Shown here in pieces: positions 52,700 to 61,826 of a DNA stretch of 64,000 nt. Numbering within the stretch: position 1 is the first letter of the stretch; every line of letters starts with the position of its first letter. The notes under the pieces were generated by a model. The model did not search any database and was not told the DNA's origin. It saw nothing but the letters and a program-made list of their open reading frames with translations. The DNA comes from Chloroflexota bacterium (GTDB taxonomy: Bacteria > Chloroflexota > Dehalococcoidia > SM23-28-2 > JACOUE01). A program made the translations under genes and the position numbers. The stretch is from the NCBI GenBank assembly GCA_016178045.1, contig JACOUE010000012.1, positions 9,832 to 73,831 of the forward strand. Reading direction: 5' to 3'.

Positions 52700-53497
52700 C
52701 TAGTCGGGCATGGCGTAGCCACCGTTGACGCTGAGCACCTGCCCCGTGATCCACTCCGCCCGCTGCGATACCAGGAACGCCACCGCGTTGGCGATGTCGC
52801 TGGGCTGGCCCAGGCGCTCCAGGCCCTTGGCCAGAGGGTATCCCCGCATGATCTGCTCGCCCTGGGCCTGGAGCCACGCCTTCGTCGCCTCCGTCTCGGT
52901 AGTGCCGGGTGAGACGCAGTTCGCCGTGATGCAGTAGCGTCCCACCTCCTTCGCCAGCGCCTTGGTGAACCCCACGACGCCCGCCTTCGCCATCGAGTAG
53001 GGCACCAGACGCGGCTCCCCCACCCGGCCAGCGTCGGAGATGATGCTGAGGATGCGGCCCCAGCGGCGCTCCATCATCGTGTCGAGAACGGCCCGGGTGC
53101 AGAAGAGGACGCCGTAGGTGATGAGCTGCATCGTGCGGTCCCATTGGGGCCGCTCCGTCTGGGTGAAGAACGTCCCGGCCGCCGCCATCACGTCCTGCGA
53201 GCTCTGGAGCACGGGGATACCGGCGTTGTTCACCAGGATGTCCACCTGGTCCCACTCGTCCAGCACCCGCTTCACCATGTCGCTGACCTGGTCCTGGTTC
53301 GTGACGTCGGCGACGACGCCGATAGCCTGGCCGCCGGCCTTCTTTATCTCGTCGGCGACGGCGTTGGCCCCTTCCTCCCGGATGTCGTTGATGGCGACGC
53401 GGACGCCCTCTTCGCCGAGGGTGAGGCAGATCTGGCGGCCGATCCCGCGGCCAGCCCCGGTGACGATGGCGACGCGATCCTTGATGCCGAGATCCAT
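52700..53497 (-). CDS. SDR-family oxidoreductase (FabG-like)
   Basis: VAIVTGAGRGIGRQI...LVNNAGI...YSMAKAGVVGFTK...N.VSPG. Start trimmed to MDLGIKDR. Confidence 0.85.
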   Translation of the reverse strand: MDLGIKDRVAIVTGAGRGIGRQICLTLGEEGVRVAINDIREEGANAVADEIKKAGGQAIGVVADVTNQDQVSDMVKRVLDEWDQVDILVNNAGIPVLQSSQDVMAAAGTFFTQTERPQWDRTMQLITYGVLFCTRAVLDTMMERRWGRILSIISDAGRVGEPRLVPYSMAKAGVVGFTKALAKEVGRYCITANCVSPGTTETEATKAWLQAQGEQIMRGYPLAKGLERLGQPSDIANAVAFLVSQRAEWITGQVLSVNGGYAMPD

Positions 53498-53546
53498 GGG
53501 GGCGAAGTCCTCCTTCTGTGAAATCGAGCGATAGTATATCACCCCC

Positions 53547-53575
53547 GCTCACCCTGAGCTTGTCGAAGGGTGAGC
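53547..53575. repeat. Short palindromic intergenic repeat (family B)
   Basis: GCTCACCC-TGAGCTTGTCGAA-GGGTGAGC. The same core recurs at 56611-56655. Confidence 0.65.
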
Positions 53576-53626
53576 GCCGCCGGCCTTGGAACGACGGGAA
53601 CGCCTGCCCTATAATACGGGGCGCTT

Positions 53627-54811
53627 ATGTCCCGCGAGCCCCTCGCAATCAACGGCGGCCCCAGGGTACGGGAGAAGCCATTCCCGCCCTGGCCCGTCCT
53701 CGGCGATGAGGACGTCGCCGCGGTCGCCGACGTCCTCCGCTCCGGCCGCCTCACCCAGCTCACCGGCGACGCCGTTGCCCGCTTCGAGGAAGCGTTCGCC
53801 GCCTACCACGGCGTCAAGCACTGCGTCGCCACCAGCTCCGGCACGACCGCCATCCACATGGCCCTCGCCGCCCTGGACATCGGTACCGACGACGAGGTGA
53901 TCGTACCCGCACACACGTTCATCGCCTCCGCCACGCCCGTCCTCCATCAGGGGGCAACACCCGTCTTCGGCGACGTTGACCCCCACACGTTCTGCATCGC
54001 GCCCCAGAGCATCGAGGAGCGCATCACCCCGCGGACGAAAGCGGTCATCGCCGTCCACCTGAACGGCCACCCGGCTCAGATGGACGCCATCCTCGCCATA
54101 GCCCGACGCCACAGTATTCCGGTCATCGAGGACGCTGCCCAGGCCCACGGCGCGCTCTACAATGGGCGTAAGGTCGGCACCATCGGCACCGTTGGCTGCT
54201 TCAGCTTCTGGGAGGACAAGATCATGACCAGCGGCGGCGAGGGTGGCGCCGTCATCACCGATGACGCCGCCCTGGCCGAGCGGATGCGCCGCGCCCGTCA
54301 CCACGGGGAGGGGCCCGGCCGCGGGGAGCGGCGCTACTACCACCTGGAGTTAGGGTACAACTACCGCATGACGTCGATGCAGGCGGCGACGGGCCTCGTC
54401 CAGCTGTCGAAGCTGGACGAGTACCTGGCCGCCCGCCGCCGCAACGCCGCCTACCTGAGCGAGCGCTTGGGCGAGATCACCGCCGTCACCCCGCCCTACG
54501 CAGCCCCCTACGCCGTCCACAGCTACTACAAGTACATCTGCCGCCTAGACAGCGGCAACCTCTCGACGGGCATCGACGAGTTCGTGCAGGCGGTGGCAGC
54601 GGAGGGCGTGCCCATCAGCCGTCGCTACCCCACGCCGCTGCCGCAGCAGCCGGTCTTCCGCGACCGCGGCCTCGGCGACGCCCCCTGCTCCGTCGCCGAA
54701 CGGCTGGCGGGCGAGCTCTTCACGCTGCTGGTGCACCCGACGGTCACAACGGCAGACCTGGACGACGTGGTGGCGGCGATAGCGAAGGTGACGGAGGGGC
54801 TGAGCCGATGA
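53627..54811 (+). CDS. DegT/DnrJ/EryC1/StrS-family PLP-dependent sugar aminotransferase
   Basis: INGGP..R..PFPPWP...FE..FA.YHG.KH.VA.SSGT.A.H.AL...D.VI.PA.TFIA...FSF...K..T.GEGG...YN.RM. Confidence 0.85.
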   Translation: MSREPLAINGGPRVREKPFPPWPVLGDEDVAAVADVLRSGRLTQLTGDAVARFEEAFAAYHGVKHCVATSSGTTAIHMALAALDIGTDDEVIVPAHTFIASATPVLHQGATPVFGDVDPHTFCIAPQSIEERITPRTKAVIAVHLNGHPAQMDAILAIARRHSIPVIEDAAQAHGALYNGRKVGTIGTVGCFSFWEDKIMTSGGEGGAVITDDAALAERMRRARHHGEGPGRGERRYYHLELGYNYRMTSMQAATGLVQLSKLDEYLAARRRNAAYLSERLGEITAVTPPYAAPYAVHSYYKYICRLDSGNLSTGIDEFVQAVAAEGVPISRRYPTPLPQQPVFRDRGLGDAPCSVAERLAGELFTLLVHPTVTTADLDDVVAAIAKVTEGLSR

Positions 54812-55404
54812 AGGAGACTCACGATCTCGAATTCAAGCCGGTGACCCGAGAGCGGTGGCCGGACCTCGACAGGCTCTTCAGCGGCAGTGCGGGCGAGTCG
54901 CTGGGGAACCCGTCGCGGTGCTGGTGTATGGAGTGGCGGCGACCGCGGGCGGAGTGGCTGGCGCAGGCAGGCGAAGGGAACCGGCAGGCCATGCAGGCGC
55001 TGGTGAAATCGGGCGAGGTGCCGGGTATCCTCGCTTACTCTGGCGCGCGGCCGGCCGGCTGGTGCTCGGTGTCGCCGCGGAAGGGCCTGACCTTTGCGGT
55101 GGAGGGGGGCAGGTTCAAGGACCCAGACAACCCTGACGTCTGGTCCATCATCTGTTTCTACGTGCCCGAGAAGTTCCGGGGCCAAGGGCTCATGAAAGGG
55201 CTGCTCCGCGCCGCCGTCGAATACGCGTCCGCCTGCGGCGCGAAGGTCGTGGAGGCCTATCCGGTCACGCCCGAACGGCGGGGCGACGGCGCCGCAGGCT
55301 TGATCCCCGTCTTCCGGGACGCTGGCTTCGTCGAGGTAGACCGCATTTGGGAGCACCAGGCGGTCATGCGGTACTACGCAGAACAATCAGGTCGCAGAAG
55401 GTGA
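54808..55404 (+). CDS. GNAT-family N-acetyltransferase
   Basis: ...WSIICFYVPEKFRGQGLMKGLLRAAVEYASACGAKVVEAYPV... (acetyl-CoA binding motif A). 4-nt overlap with the aminotransferase gene. Confidence 0.7.
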   Translation: MKETHDLEFKPVTRERWPDLDRLFSGSAGESLGNPSRCWCMEWRRPRAEWLAQAGEGNRQAMQALVKSGEVPGILAYSGARPAGWCSVSPRKGLTFAVEGGRFKDPDNPDVWSIICFYVPEKFRGQGLMKGLLRAAVEYASACGAKVVEAYPVTPERRGDGAAGLIPVFRDAGFVEVDRIWEHQAVMRYYAEQSGRRR

Positions 55405-55431
55405 CCGCCCGCGTCGTCATCACCGCTTTCA

Positions 55432-55502
55432 GTCATTGCGAGGGGCGGCAGGCCCGAAGCAGTCTCGGCATCGTGAGATTGCTTCGCTCTGCTCGCAATG
55501 AC
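55432..55502. repeat. 71-nt imperfect long hairpin repeat (family C)
   Basis: Outer 11-bp stem GTCATTGCGAG / CTCGCAATGAC. Inner GAAGCAGTCTC / GAGATTGCTTC with one mismatch (G:U-compatible). Confidence 0.6.
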
Positions 55503-55526
55503 GGTATGTGATTCGAGGCGCACCAC

Positions 55527-56603
55527 ATGACCGTCCGCGTCGGTATCATCGGCTCGGGGTTCGTGGCCAACCTGCATGCGGAGGCGTTCCGCTACGTGCC
55601 GGACGCGGAGGTCGTGGCCGCCGCCTCGCCCGACGAGTCGCACGTGCGCGACTTCGCCCGCCGCCACGACATCCCCCACGCCCACACCGACTACCGCCAG
55701 CTTCTGGAGCGCGACGACATCGACGTGGTGACCATCGCCTGCCCCAACTACCTCCACTGCCAGGTCACGCTGGACGCGGCCGCCGCCGGCAAGCACGTCG
55801 TATGCGAGAAGCCGCTGGCCATGAACGTGGAGGAGTGCGACCGCATGATCGAAGCCTGTCGTAAGGCCAGCGTCAAGCTCATGTACGCCGAGGAGCTGTG
55901 CTTCGCGCCGAAATACGTGCGGGCCAAGGAGCTGGCCGACGAGGGCGCCCTGGGCAATGTCTACTACGTCCGGCAGCTCGAGTGCCACTACGGGCCCCAC
56001 GCCGACTGGTTCTGGGACGTCGAGAAGTCGGGCGGGGGCGTGCTCATGGACATGGGCTGCCACTCCATCCAGTTCGCCCGTTGGGTCTACGGGAATGCGC
56101 CGGTGGAGTCCGTCTACGCCGAGCTGGGCACCTTCGTCCACGGCGAACGCACCCGCGGCGAGGACCACAGCCTGTGCGTCCTGCGGTTTGACGGGAACCG
56201 GGTGGCCGTCGCGGAGAACTCGTGGGCCCGCACCGGCGGCGTCGACGACCGGGCCGAGATCTACGGCTCGAAGGGGCTGACGGTGGCCGACCTGCTGCGG
56301 GGCTCGTCGCTGGTCACGTTCAGCGAGCCGGGCTACGGCTACGCGGTGGAGAAGGCGCCCCAGACCCGGGGCTGGACGTTCACGATGTTCCAGGAGACCT
56401 GGAACTACGGCTTCCCCCAGGAGATGCAGCACTTCGCGGAGTGCGTGCGGGACGACAAGGAGCCGCGGCTGACGGGCGACGACGGCCGTGCGGTGCTGGA
56501 GATAATCTGTGCCGCTTACGAGTCGGCGGGGACGGGCCAGCGGGTGAAGCTGCCCTTCCGGCCGGAGGTGAAGAAGCCGGTCGACCTGTGGCTGCGAGGC
56601 TAG
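55527..56603 (+). CDS. Gfo/Idh/MocA-family oxidoreductase
   Basis: VRVGIIGSGFVANLHAEAF...VTIACPNYLH...AGKHVVCEKPLA... Confidence 0.85.
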   Translation: MTVRVGIIGSGFVANLHAEAFRYVPDAEVVAAASPDESHVRDFARRHDIPHAHTDYRQLLERDDIDVVTIACPNYLHCQVTLDAAAAGKHVVCEKPLAMNVEECDRMIEACRKASVKLMYAEELCFAPKYVRAKELADEGALGNVYYVRQLECHYGPHADWFWDVEKSGGGVLMDMGCHSIQFARWVYGNAPVESVYAELGTFVHGERTRGEDHSLCVLRFDGNRVAVAENSWARTGGVDDRAEIYGSKGLTVADLLRGSSLVTFSEPGYGYAVEKAPQTRGWTFTMFQETWNYGFPQEMQHFAECVRDDKEPRLTGDDGRAVLEIICAAYESAGTGQRVKLPFRPEVKKPVDLWLRG

Positions 56604-56610
56604 CCCACCC

Positions 56611-56690
56611 GCTCATCCTGAGCCTGCCGGCCGGCAGGCCTGTCGAAGGGTGAGCCCCCGCTCGTGGTTCGACAGGCTCACCACGAGCGG
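56611..56690. repeat. Family-B palindrome carrying a nested palindrome, plus a second hairpin, between convergent genes
   Basis: GCTCATCC-TGAGCCTG[CCGGCCGGCAGGCC]TGTCGAA-GGGTGAGC (56611-56655). This is the 53547 element plus a 14-nt insert that completes the palindrome GCCTGCCGGCCGGCAGGC. Then CCGCTCGTGG-...-CCACGAGCGG (56658-56690). Confidence 0.65.
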
Positions 56691-56697
56691 AGCCGCG

Positions 56698-56988
56698 CTA
56701 GGCCTGCTTGAGGATACGGTCCATCTCGCCGGCGTCGAAGGCCCGCAGGGTCTCGCTGTGGACGTTGCCCGCCTGGGCGACGTTGAACAGCCCGCCCACC
56801 ATCGCCTCCTCGCTGGGCGCGTCCATGATCGCCACCAGGTCGTAGCGGCCCTGCGTCCAGTAGATGCCCAGGACCTTGAACCCGCGCGCCTCATTGTCCT
56901 TGCGCACCTGCTCGGCCCGCTGGACGGTGCCCTTGATGTTCTTGAGCCCCAGCTCCGTGAACTTGTAGAGCACGACGTACTTGGGCAT
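56698..56988 (-). CDS. GYD-domain protein
   Basis: MPKYVVLYKFTELGLKNIKGTVQRAEQVRKDNEARGFKVLGIYWTQGRYDLVAIMDAPSEEA. ORF trimmed to the ATG at 56988. Confidence 0.7.
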   Translation of the reverse strand: MPKYVVLYKFTELGLKNIKGTVQRAEQVRKDNEARGFKVLGIYWTQGRYDLVAIMDAPSEEAMVGGLFNVAQAGNVHSETLRAFDAGEMDRILKQA

Positions 56989-57094
56989 GGCTCCCTCCTT
57001 CTGCTGGAATGACCGGCGGTTTCTCGGCGCAACAATTGTAGCACCGACCCGCCAGCTTTCAAGCGGCGAGCGCGCCATAGGGTAGAATGAGGTT

Positions 57095-58486
57095 GTGAGC
57101 ACGGAGATCGCGGAACCGCCTTTCGAAGTCGCCCCGGCCGGCCCCGAAGACCTCCCCCTCATCCGCCAGACGATCGAGAGCGAACGGCTCGACCCCGATG
57201 GCCTCGAGCTGTCGGAGTTCCTCACCCTGCGTGAAGGGGAGCGCATCGTCGCCTTCGGTCGCATCAAGCCCTACCGCCAGACGTACGAACTCTGCAACGT
57301 CACCGTGATGCCCGAGCGCCGCGGCCGCGGCCTGGGCGCCCGCATGGTCCGCGAGCTCATCGACCGCTTTCCCCAGGACGAGGTGCACATCACCACGGAC
57401 ATGCCGGACTACTTCGGGAAGCTGGGCTTCCTGCGCACGGAGGTGCTCCCGGTGGAGATCGAGGCCAAGATCGGGCGCCCGTGCGAGAGCCTCCGCCCCG
57501 GCACCCTGGGCATGGTCTACGACCGCAACATCGAGCGGCTGCCCACCATCGCCGACGTCTACCGCGCCCGGAGAATCATGGCGCCGCACCTTCCGCGCAC
57601 GCCGCTGGTGCGGAGCGCCCACCTCTCGCGACAACTGGAGTGCGAGGCGTACCTGAAGCTGGAGAGCCTCCAGCCAATCGGCGCCTTCAAGGTGCGCGGC
57701 GGCGTGAACCTGGCCGCTACACTATCGCCGGAGGAACGGCAGCGGGGTATCGTCGGCGCCTCCACCGGCAACCACGGGCAGTCGCTGGCCTACGGGGCGC
57801 GGCTCTTCGGCATCCGCTGCGTCATCTTCGCGCCGGAGGAGGCCAACGAGCTGAAGATAGAGGCGATGCGCCGCCTGGGCGCGGAGGTCGTCCGCGAGGG
57901 GGCGGACTTCGAGGAGGCGCGGGCTGCCGCCGAGGACAGGGCCCGCCGCGAGGGCCTGCGCTACGTCCACCACATCAACGAGCCCCTCCTTGTCGCCGGG
58001 GTCGCCACCATCAGCCTGGAGGTCGTCGAGGACCTGCCGGACGTGGACGTCATCATCGTCCCTATCGGCGGGGGCAGCGGCGCCGTCGGTCACTGCATTG
58101 TCGCCAAGGCCCTGCGGCCGGGCCTGCGGCTCATCGGCGTGCAGGCGGAGGGGGCGCCCGCCGTCTACCGCTCCTGGAAGGAGCGCAAGCTCCAGCGGGC
58201 GCCCATCGACACCTTCGCCGAGGGGCTGGCCACCGGCATCGCCTTCCCCATGCCGGTGTCCGTGCTCATCCGCACCCTGGACGACTTCCTTCTGGTCAGC
58301 GAGGAGGAGATGCGCCGGGCGATCATCCTGCTGCTGGAGGGCGCGCACGTCCTGGCCGAGGCCGCGGGGGCGGCGGCCACCGCCGCCGCCGTCAAGCTGG
58401 GCGATCAGCTGCGCGGGAAGAAGGTAGCTATAATGGTCACCGGCGGCAACCTGGAGCTGGAGACCCTCCGTAGGGTCCTGGGCTAA
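57095..58486 (+). CDS. Fusion protein: N-terminal GNAT acetyltransferase domain plus PLP-dependent threonine/serine dehydratase catalytic domain
   Basis: GNAT part: ...VTVMPERRGRGLGARMVRELI.... Dehydratase part: ...LESLQPIGAFKVRGG (PLP Lys)...ASTGNHGQSLAY...IGGGSGAVG.... GTG start. Confidence 0.75.
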   Translation: MSTEIAEPPFEVAPAGPEDLPLIRQTIESERLDPDGLELSEFLTLREGERIVAFGRIKPYRQTYELCNVTVMPERRGRGLGARMVRELIDRFPQDEVHITTDMPDYFGKLGFLRTEVLPVEIEAKIGRPCESLRPGTLGMVYDRNIERLPTIADVYRARRIMAPHLPRTPLVRSAHLSRQLECEAYLKLESLQPIGAFKVRGGVNLAATLSPEERQRGIVGASTGNHGQSLAYGARLFGIRCVIFAPEEANELKIEAMRRLGAEVVREGADFEEARAAAEDRARREGLRYVHHINEPLLVAGVATISLEVVEDLPDVDVIIVPIGGGSGAVGHCIVAKALRPGLRLIGVQAEGAPAVYRSWKERKLQRAPIDTFAEGLATGIAFPMPVSVLIRTLDDFLLVSEEEMRRAIILLLEGAHVLAEAAGAAATAAAVKLGDQLRGKKVAIMVTGGNLELETLRRVLG

Positions 58487-58503
58487 GCCGCCGCATTCAT
58501 ACC

Positions 58504-59868
58504 ATGCCCCGACTTAAAGCAGGGGCTGCCGTTGTCGATATCACGCCGCCGGTCGGGGCGCGGATGGACGGCTACGGCACCCGAATCCAGCCCTCGGAGG
58601 GCGTCCACGACCCCATCTTCGCCCGCGTCCTCGTCCTCGACGACGGCGACACGCGGCTCGTCATCGTCGGCGCCGACCTGCTGGGCGTGCACCCTCAGTG
58701 GGTAGAGTGGGTGCGGCAGGAGGTGAACGACATCGCCGACATCCCGCCCGAGCACGTGCTGGTCGCTGCCACCCACAACCACGCCGGCCCGGCCGGGCTG
58801 CGCCGCGGTCTCTTCTCCCGCCTGGACGAGACCTTGGCCCGCAACACGGCAGACAAGATCGTCGGCGCGATCGGGGAGGCGTACGGCGGAAGGCGGCGGG
58901 CCACGCTAAAGGCCGGCCGGGCGACCGTCGACACCGTCAGCATGAACCGCCGCGACCCCGACTGGCCCATCGACCCTGAGCTGCGGGTGCTCCTGGTGGA
59001 CGGCGCCGACGGAGGGCCTATCGCCTCCGTAATGAACTTCGCCTGCCACGCCACCGTCCTCTACTCCGACAACCTGCTCCTCTCCGCCGAGTTTCCCGGC
59101 GCCGCCTGCCGCATCGTCCAGGAGCACACGGGCGCGCCCTGCCTCTTCCTCAACGGCGCCTGCGCCAACGTCAACCCCACCTGGATCAAGCAGGACTTCG
59201 ACAACGTGGAACGGACGGGCTGGGTCGTCGGGGGGCAGGCGCTGCGGGTCATCGGCGAACTGCGGACGCTGGGGCCGGGCCAGCGGGCCCACAACATCCG
59301 CTGGGACGAGTGGCTCCCGAAGCCGGTTGCCGGGCGACTGACCGAGGAGCCGCGGCTCCGCGCCGCCCGCCGGGAGGTCGACCTGCCGGCTCGGCAGTTC
59401 CTCTCGGACGGGGAGTACGCGGAGCGACTGGCCCAACTGGAGGCGGGGGTACGGGCCCTCGCGCCGGGCTCGCCGGAGCGGCGGGAGGTGATGGCCGCGG
59501 TCACCCACCTCCAGACCGAGCGCTGGGCCGCCCGCTGGGCCCGCGACCGCGGGCTGGCGACGCTGCGCACGGAGGTGCAGGCCTTCGCCCTGGGCGACGG
59601 CGTGGCGCTGCTGGGCCTGCCGGGCGAGTTCTTCGCCGAGACCGCTGCCGCCATCCGGTCGGCCGCAGGCGTCGATGGGTTGTTCGTTTCCTGCTACACT
59701 AACGACTACGTCGGCTACGTGATCCCGCCGGAGGCGTACGGCCAGGGCGGCTACGAGGCGGGGATCACGCCCTGCGCCCCGGAGTGCGAGGAGATCGTGG
59801 TGGAGGCGGCGCTGGGAGTGCTGAGGGAGACGGGGGCAGCAGTGCCGCAGCAAGCGACTGACGGATGA
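58504..59868 (+). CDS. Neutral/alkaline ceramidase-like hydrolase family protein
   Basis: AAVVDITPPVGARMDGYG.R...GVHDPIFARVLVLDDGDTRLVIVGADLLGV...ATHNHAGP... Confidence 0.5.
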   Translation: MPRLKAGAAVVDITPPVGARMDGYGTRIQPSEGVHDPIFARVLVLDDGDTRLVIVGADLLGVHPQWVEWVRQEVNDIADIPPEHVLVAATHNHAGPAGLRRGLFSRLDETLARNTADKIVGAIGEAYGGRRRATLKAGRATVDTVSMNRRDPDWPIDPELRVLLVDGADGGPIASVMNFACHATVLYSDNLLLSAEFPGAACRIVQEHTGAPCLFLNGACANVNPTWIKQDFDNVERTGWVVGGQALRVIGELRTLGPGQRAHNIRWDEWLPKPVAGRLTEEPRLRAARREVDLPARQFLSDGEYAERLAQLEAGVRALAPGSPERREVMAAVTHLQTERWAARWARDRGLATLRTEVQAFALGDGVALLGLPGEFFAETAAAIRSAAGVDGLFVSCYTNDYVGYVIPPEAYGQGGYEAGITPCAPECEEIVVEAALGVLRETGAAVPQQATDG

Positions 59869-60917
59869 CAGCTACAGGGACGTTCATCCTGGCGGACATC
59901 AGCGGCTACACGCCGTTCGTCACCGGCGTGGGGATTGAGCACGGGAAGGAGATAACCGCTCACCTCCTCAACGGCATCCTCAAGAGCTGCCGCGGGCACT
60001 GGAAGGTGGGCAACATAGAAGGCGACTGCGTCTTCTTCTATCGCCAGGGGCGGGAGGAGCCGGCGGAACTCTTGCTCCACGCCCGGGAGATCTACAAGGC
60101 CTTCTCCCGCGAGATATTCGACATCTCGGCGCGGGCCGCCTGCCCCTGCGGCGCCTGCACTAAAGTCAATCAGCTCGCCCTGAAGTTCATCGTCCATGCC
60201 GGCGAGTTCGACTCTCAGACCGTGGGGCGCCGCAAGGAGGTCTTCGGTCCCGACGTAGTCCTGGCTCATCGTCTCCTCAAGAACAGCGTCCCAATCGATG
60301 AATACGTGCTGCTCACGCATCAGTATGCGGGCGGAGTGGCGGCACCCGGCCCGGCGCCGGTCACCGGCAAGGACGAATACGAGGGGATCGGCCCGGTAGA
60401 GTACACCTATCTAGACCTGGCGCCGGTGCGGCAGGAAGTGGAGGCCAGCAACCGCTTCTTCGTCACCCCCGAGCAGGCGAAGATGCGGATCATCATAGAC
60501 ATCGACGCCGGGCCCGACGAGGTCTGGGATGCGCTCTGCAGCCCCGAGAAGCACCTCGAGTGGTCGGGCGAGAAGGAGCACTGGGAAGCGCCGAGCCGGC
60601 ACGGCCGCATTGGCAAGGTCCATCGCTGTGTCGGGACCGATGGTTCGGTTACCGTCTGGGTCCTCACTGCCATCGACGACGCAAGCCGTCGACGGACAAG
60701 CAAGCTGTTCGTCACCCTGGCAAAGGACGTCTATGCGACCCAGGAGGTGATCGAGCTTGCGGACGACGGGTCGCGATTGGCCACCTACATCACCTTCAAG
60801 GAGGCCATCCCTGTCGTCTCTCACCTGGCCCGGCCTGTAATGCAGCTCCTGGCGGAGCGCGGCCTGCGGAAAGCCCTGCTCGGGCTGAAGGCCTACTGCG
60901 AACGCGCCCCAGGCTGA
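59865..60917 (+). CDS. DUF2652 (nucleotide-cyclase-like) domain protein with C-terminal SRPBCC-like domain
   Basis: TFILADISGYTPFVTGVGIEHGKEI.AHLLNGIL...VGNIEGDCVFFY. The C-terminal ~150 aa resemble the polyketide-cyclase/START fold (WDALCSPEKHLEW...). Confidence 0.5.
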   Translation: MTATGTFILADISGYTPFVTGVGIEHGKEITAHLLNGILKSCRGHWKVGNIEGDCVFFYRQGREEPAELLLHAREIYKAFSREIFDISARAACPCGACTKVNQLALKFIVHAGEFDSQTVGRRKEVFGPDVVLAHRLLKNSVPIDEYVLLTHQYAGGVAAPGPAPVTGKDEYEGIGPVEYTYLDLAPVRQEVEASNRFFVTPEQAKMRIIIDIDAGPDEVWDALCSPEKHLEWSGEKEHWEAPSRHGRIGKVHRCVGTDGSVTVWVLTAIDDASRRRTSKLFVTLAKDVYATQEVIELADDGSRLATYITFKEAIPVVSHLARPVMQLLAERGLRKALLGLKAYCERAPG

Positions 60918-60931
60918 GTCAAGACCTGGAG

Positions 60932-61765
60932 TTGCATATCACAAAGAGCAAGACCGTCCTCGTCATCGTCGCCCACGGGGACGACATGGAGTTCATGGCC
61001 GGCGGCACCATCGCCAAGATGGCGGACCTGGGGTACGACATCCACGAGGTCATCGCCACCAACAACGACCGCGGCACCCTCGACGCCGAGTGGCGGGCGG
61101 GCCTCCTCGCCGAGGCCCGCCGCGACGAGGCCCGCCGCGGGGCGAAGGTGCTCGGGGTAAGGGACGTCGAGTTCCTGGGCTACGAGGACGGCCGCCTGAG
61201 CGAGACGCCCCTCAACGAGCTGCGCGAGAGGTGCATGCGGGCCATTCGAAAGTTCAAGGCGGACGTGCTCTTCACCTGGGACCCTTTCGCGCCCTACGAG
61301 GGTCACCAGGACCACCGCCAGGTCGCTTGGGCGGCTATGGAGGCGGCGAACTTCGCCCACTTCCCGCTGTACCACCCCGAGCACCGCGGGGAAGGGCTGG
61401 AGACCCACTACGTGGGTGAGTACTACTTCTTCGCCAAGGCGCCCCAGGACGTGAACAAAGCGGTCGACATCGCCCCCTACGTCGACCGCAAGATCGAGGC
61501 CCTCTGCGAGCACACCAGCCAGATGGAGCTGACGGTAGCCGGCCTCCTCGCCGACATCCGAGCCTCCGGGGTTCAGATACCGGAGCTCGAGCGGCTCGAC
61601 CCGCGCAACTACCGGCCGGTCATCGAGAGGCAGATCCGCGCCTGGGCCGCCTCCGTTGGGCGGCGCCACGACTTGGAGTACGCCGAGGAGTTCCGCCGCG
61701 TGCGCTACGGCAACCTGGAACGGCTCGGCCGCGAGTTCGGCATCACCCTTGAGGACGACGTGTAG
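60932..61765 (+). CDS. PIG-L/LmbE-family deacetylase
   Basis: VLVIVAHGDDMEFMAGGTIAKM...GYEDG.L....HQDH. Non-ATG start (TTG at 60932 or CTG at 60926); the first ATG would cut the AHGDD motif. Confidence 0.65.
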   Translation: MHITKSKTVLVIVAHGDDMEFMAGGTIAKMADLGYDIHEVIATNNDRGTLDAEWRAGLLAEARRDEARRGAKVLGVRDVEFLGYEDGRLSETPLNELRERCMRAIRKFKADVLFTWDPFAPYEGHQDHRQVAWAAMEAANFAHFPLYHPEHRGEGLETHYVGEYYFFAKAPQDVNKAVDIAPYVDRKIEALCEHTSQMELTVAGLLADIRASGVQIPELERLDPRNYRPVIERQIRAWAASVGRRHDLEYAEEFRRVRYGNLERLGREFGITLEDDV

Positions 61766-61813
61766 CTGCAGGCCTTTAGGCCTGCCGGTTGCAGGGCGTA
61801 AGCCTGCAGCTAC
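61762..61813. repeat. REPIN-like doublet of GTAG-ended REP hairpins (same family as 21029-21084)
   Basis: Left arm GTAGCTGCAGGCCTTTAGGCCTGCC. Reverse complement of the right arm is GTAGCTGCAGGCTTACGCCCTGCAA. Outer 11-bp stem GTAGCTGCAGG / CCTGCAGCTAC. The left GTAG contains the TAG stop (61763-61765) of the upstream gene. Confidence 0.7.
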
Positions 61814-61826
61814 TTGGAGCGACAAG

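Noticed and set aside
21029-61813. The recurring palindromes as a CRISPR array.
   Set aside because: The copies are dispersed singly or as inverted doublets. There is no regular repeat-spacer periodicity and no cas genes.
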